Shown here in pieces: positions 62,124-64,000 of a DNA stretch of 64,000 nucleotides. The translations under genes and the position numbers were made by a program. The stretch is from assembly GCF_021028975.2 (NCBI RefSeq), contig NC_059436.1:27342001-27406000 (forward strand), written 5' to 3'. The stretch's first letter is position 1, and each line of letters opens with the position of its first letter. The stretch comes from Sphaerodactylus townsendi. Lineage: Eukaryota. The notes beneath the pieces are model-generated. The model made no database searches. It had not been told where the DNA came from and worked only from the letters and a program-made list of their open reading frames with translations.

Positions 62124-62329
62124 AGCTCTTTCTCCAGAGCAATTGTGCAACCGTTGTTCTTTTTAATGGTGATTTTTTTGGCAAGATAAAGTATAGAGAT
62201 TTAAATGACTAAGCATGTCTGTCATTTAAAAAAGAGCCAGAAGTCCATCTAGTGCTTGAAAAGAGGGGCTAGATTGGTAGGTGATTTGCTGAGATGTTTG
62301 ATTTGCTGAAATGTTTGCTTGTTTAATGT

Positions 62330-63350
62330 ATTTAGTTGATTTCTATTCTGCCGTTCAAATGCATCCCAGGGCAGATGAAAACAATCTAAAAATGCTTCCC
62401 ACATTACAATAAAAACAGCATAGTATGCAGATAAAAATTCCTTTTTAAAAGTACCTACAATGAAACATAGCTAAGACTAAAACATACCTAAAAACATACC
62501 CACCCCATCCCTAACCTGTCCAGGTGCAGATGGAGGATGAATTCCGAAAAAGACCAGTGGACTGGGGGTAGGTGGCATCAGTCGTTCAAATGCCTGGGTG
62601 AAAATGACGGTCTTAACCAGGAGCGGAAAGGCAATATAGGCATATAGTCAGATTTCTATTGGGAGGCATTTCATAAAGTGTAGGCTGTTACAAAGAAAGC
62701 CTTCTGTGCAGTCCCCACCGTCCTCACCTCAGAGGGAGAAGAAAGTACCAACAGCTCCCCCCCCCCTCCCCCAGTACCTCAGGACCCAGGCTGGTCTGTA
62801 CGGCAGAAGCCGCTCGCTCCTACAAGTAAAGTGGTCTCAGGTCATTTACAGGTCATAACCAACACCTTAATTTGAGCCCGATAGCAAACTGGGAACCAAT
62901 GCAGACCCTTCAGGACTAGTGTAATATGCACATTGCCTGGGTGAGCAGCTGACCTGTAGCATGCTGCACCAGATCCAGCTTCCAAAATCTCTTCAAGGGT
63001 AGCCCCATGTGAAGCACATTGCTGTAGTCCAACTTGGAGGTTACTAGGGCTTGGACAATTGTGGCCAGGTCATTTTGGTCCAGAAATGGATGGAGCTGGT
63101 GAACCAGCTGGAGACATTAGTAGTTTCCTGGCCCAGCCACAGCAGCCACCTGCGCCTCCATAGACAGCTGGGTATCTAGGAGAACCCCCAAATCTCTCAC
63201 CTGATCTTTTTGGGGCAAAAGGCAAGGGTGACCCTCTATGGACTGGACCTTAGAACATGTCCCAAACAGCACCTTCATGTTGTCAGGATTCTGCTTCAAT
63301 CGATTCCCTCCCCATTCAATCCATGACGGTCTCCAGTCACCTGCACTGCC
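62330..63350 (-). mobile_element. L2 LINE 3' fragment, degenerate
   Basis: Minus strand NPDNMKVL...QVRDLGVLLDTQLSMEAQVAAVA, typical of L2 ORF2 downstream of the RT domain; boundaries approximate. Confidence 0.72.
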
Positions 63351-64000
63351 TCAACCAACAGCCCAATCCTATGCATGTTGTCTTGGAAAGTCCCACTGAA
63401 TTTAGTGAAGTATAATCCGAAGTATGTGTGCAGAGGACTTCAGTTTACATTTATCCTTATTATATTTGCCAGGAGGTGGCAGCCCATCCTCAGGTATCAG
63501 TCAAGTGAACCATCTCCGGGAGAAACTGAACATTGCTTTTTCCACTCAACTTCATGTAAGGAGACTATTTTAATTGGTTTCCATACAGGTTCCTTATAGG
63601 AACCAACGAAAATGGTCTCTGTACATGAGTCGGGCATGAACAGTAATGCTAACAGCAAAAATCCCCCACGTATGAGCTCAGCTGTGACACCTGAGATGTG
63701 TTAGCTTGGCTAGCCTGAAAGTAACTGAAAGAAGAAAATGTCCAGGGCTGCTGAGTTGGGCACGCAGGAGAGGAAAAGGAAAACCAAAAGGCAGGAGGGC
63801 AGGATCCAAGGGCCCAGAAGTCCTAGCTTGCAGGTAGCTGATCAGCAGCAGAACAAGGTAGGACCATTATTAGCACACTCTTTGCATGCTGCAGATCTCA
63901 GATTTCATTCCTGATATCTCCCTTTCTGGGTTTTTGGGTAATTCACATTGTAAAAGTTTACATTGTAAAAAATACATTTGGGATAGGCAAGTTCTCTCCC

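Overview
Vertebrate genomic DNA, most likely a squamate and probably a gecko judging from the repeat content (inference). Three intact protein-coding genes can be reconstructed by hand. (1) POLM, DNA polymerase mu (+ strand): 11 coding exons at 2226-13307, 511 aa, with a GC-box promoter and probable non-coding first exon near 580-774. (2) A heparan-sulfate 3-O-sulfotransferase of the HS3ST1-like type (+ strand): one coding exon at 29390-30298, 302 aa. It appears to be a paralogue distinct from HS3ST1/HS3ST5 and has unusual substrate-gate residues. (3) Histone variant H2AZ2/H2AFV (- strand): 5 coding exons at 44568-34265, 128 aa, with a CpG-island CCAAT/E2F promoter. The rest is dense in mobile elements: Squam3-like SINEs, CR1/L2/BovB/CCHC-LINE fragments, hAT, Tc1-mariner and PIF/Harbinger MITEs with verifiable TSDs, a complete non-autonomous Helitron, and a nested 2-kb hAT with 197-bp palindromic tandem units. 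The most notable observations are the HS3ST paralogue, a MITE built of serial perfect hairpins in the probable long H2AZ2 3'UTR, and a uORF whose stop overlaps the POLM start codon. I found no evidence for a wholly new multi-gene system. There is a 128-N assembly gap at 61996-62123.
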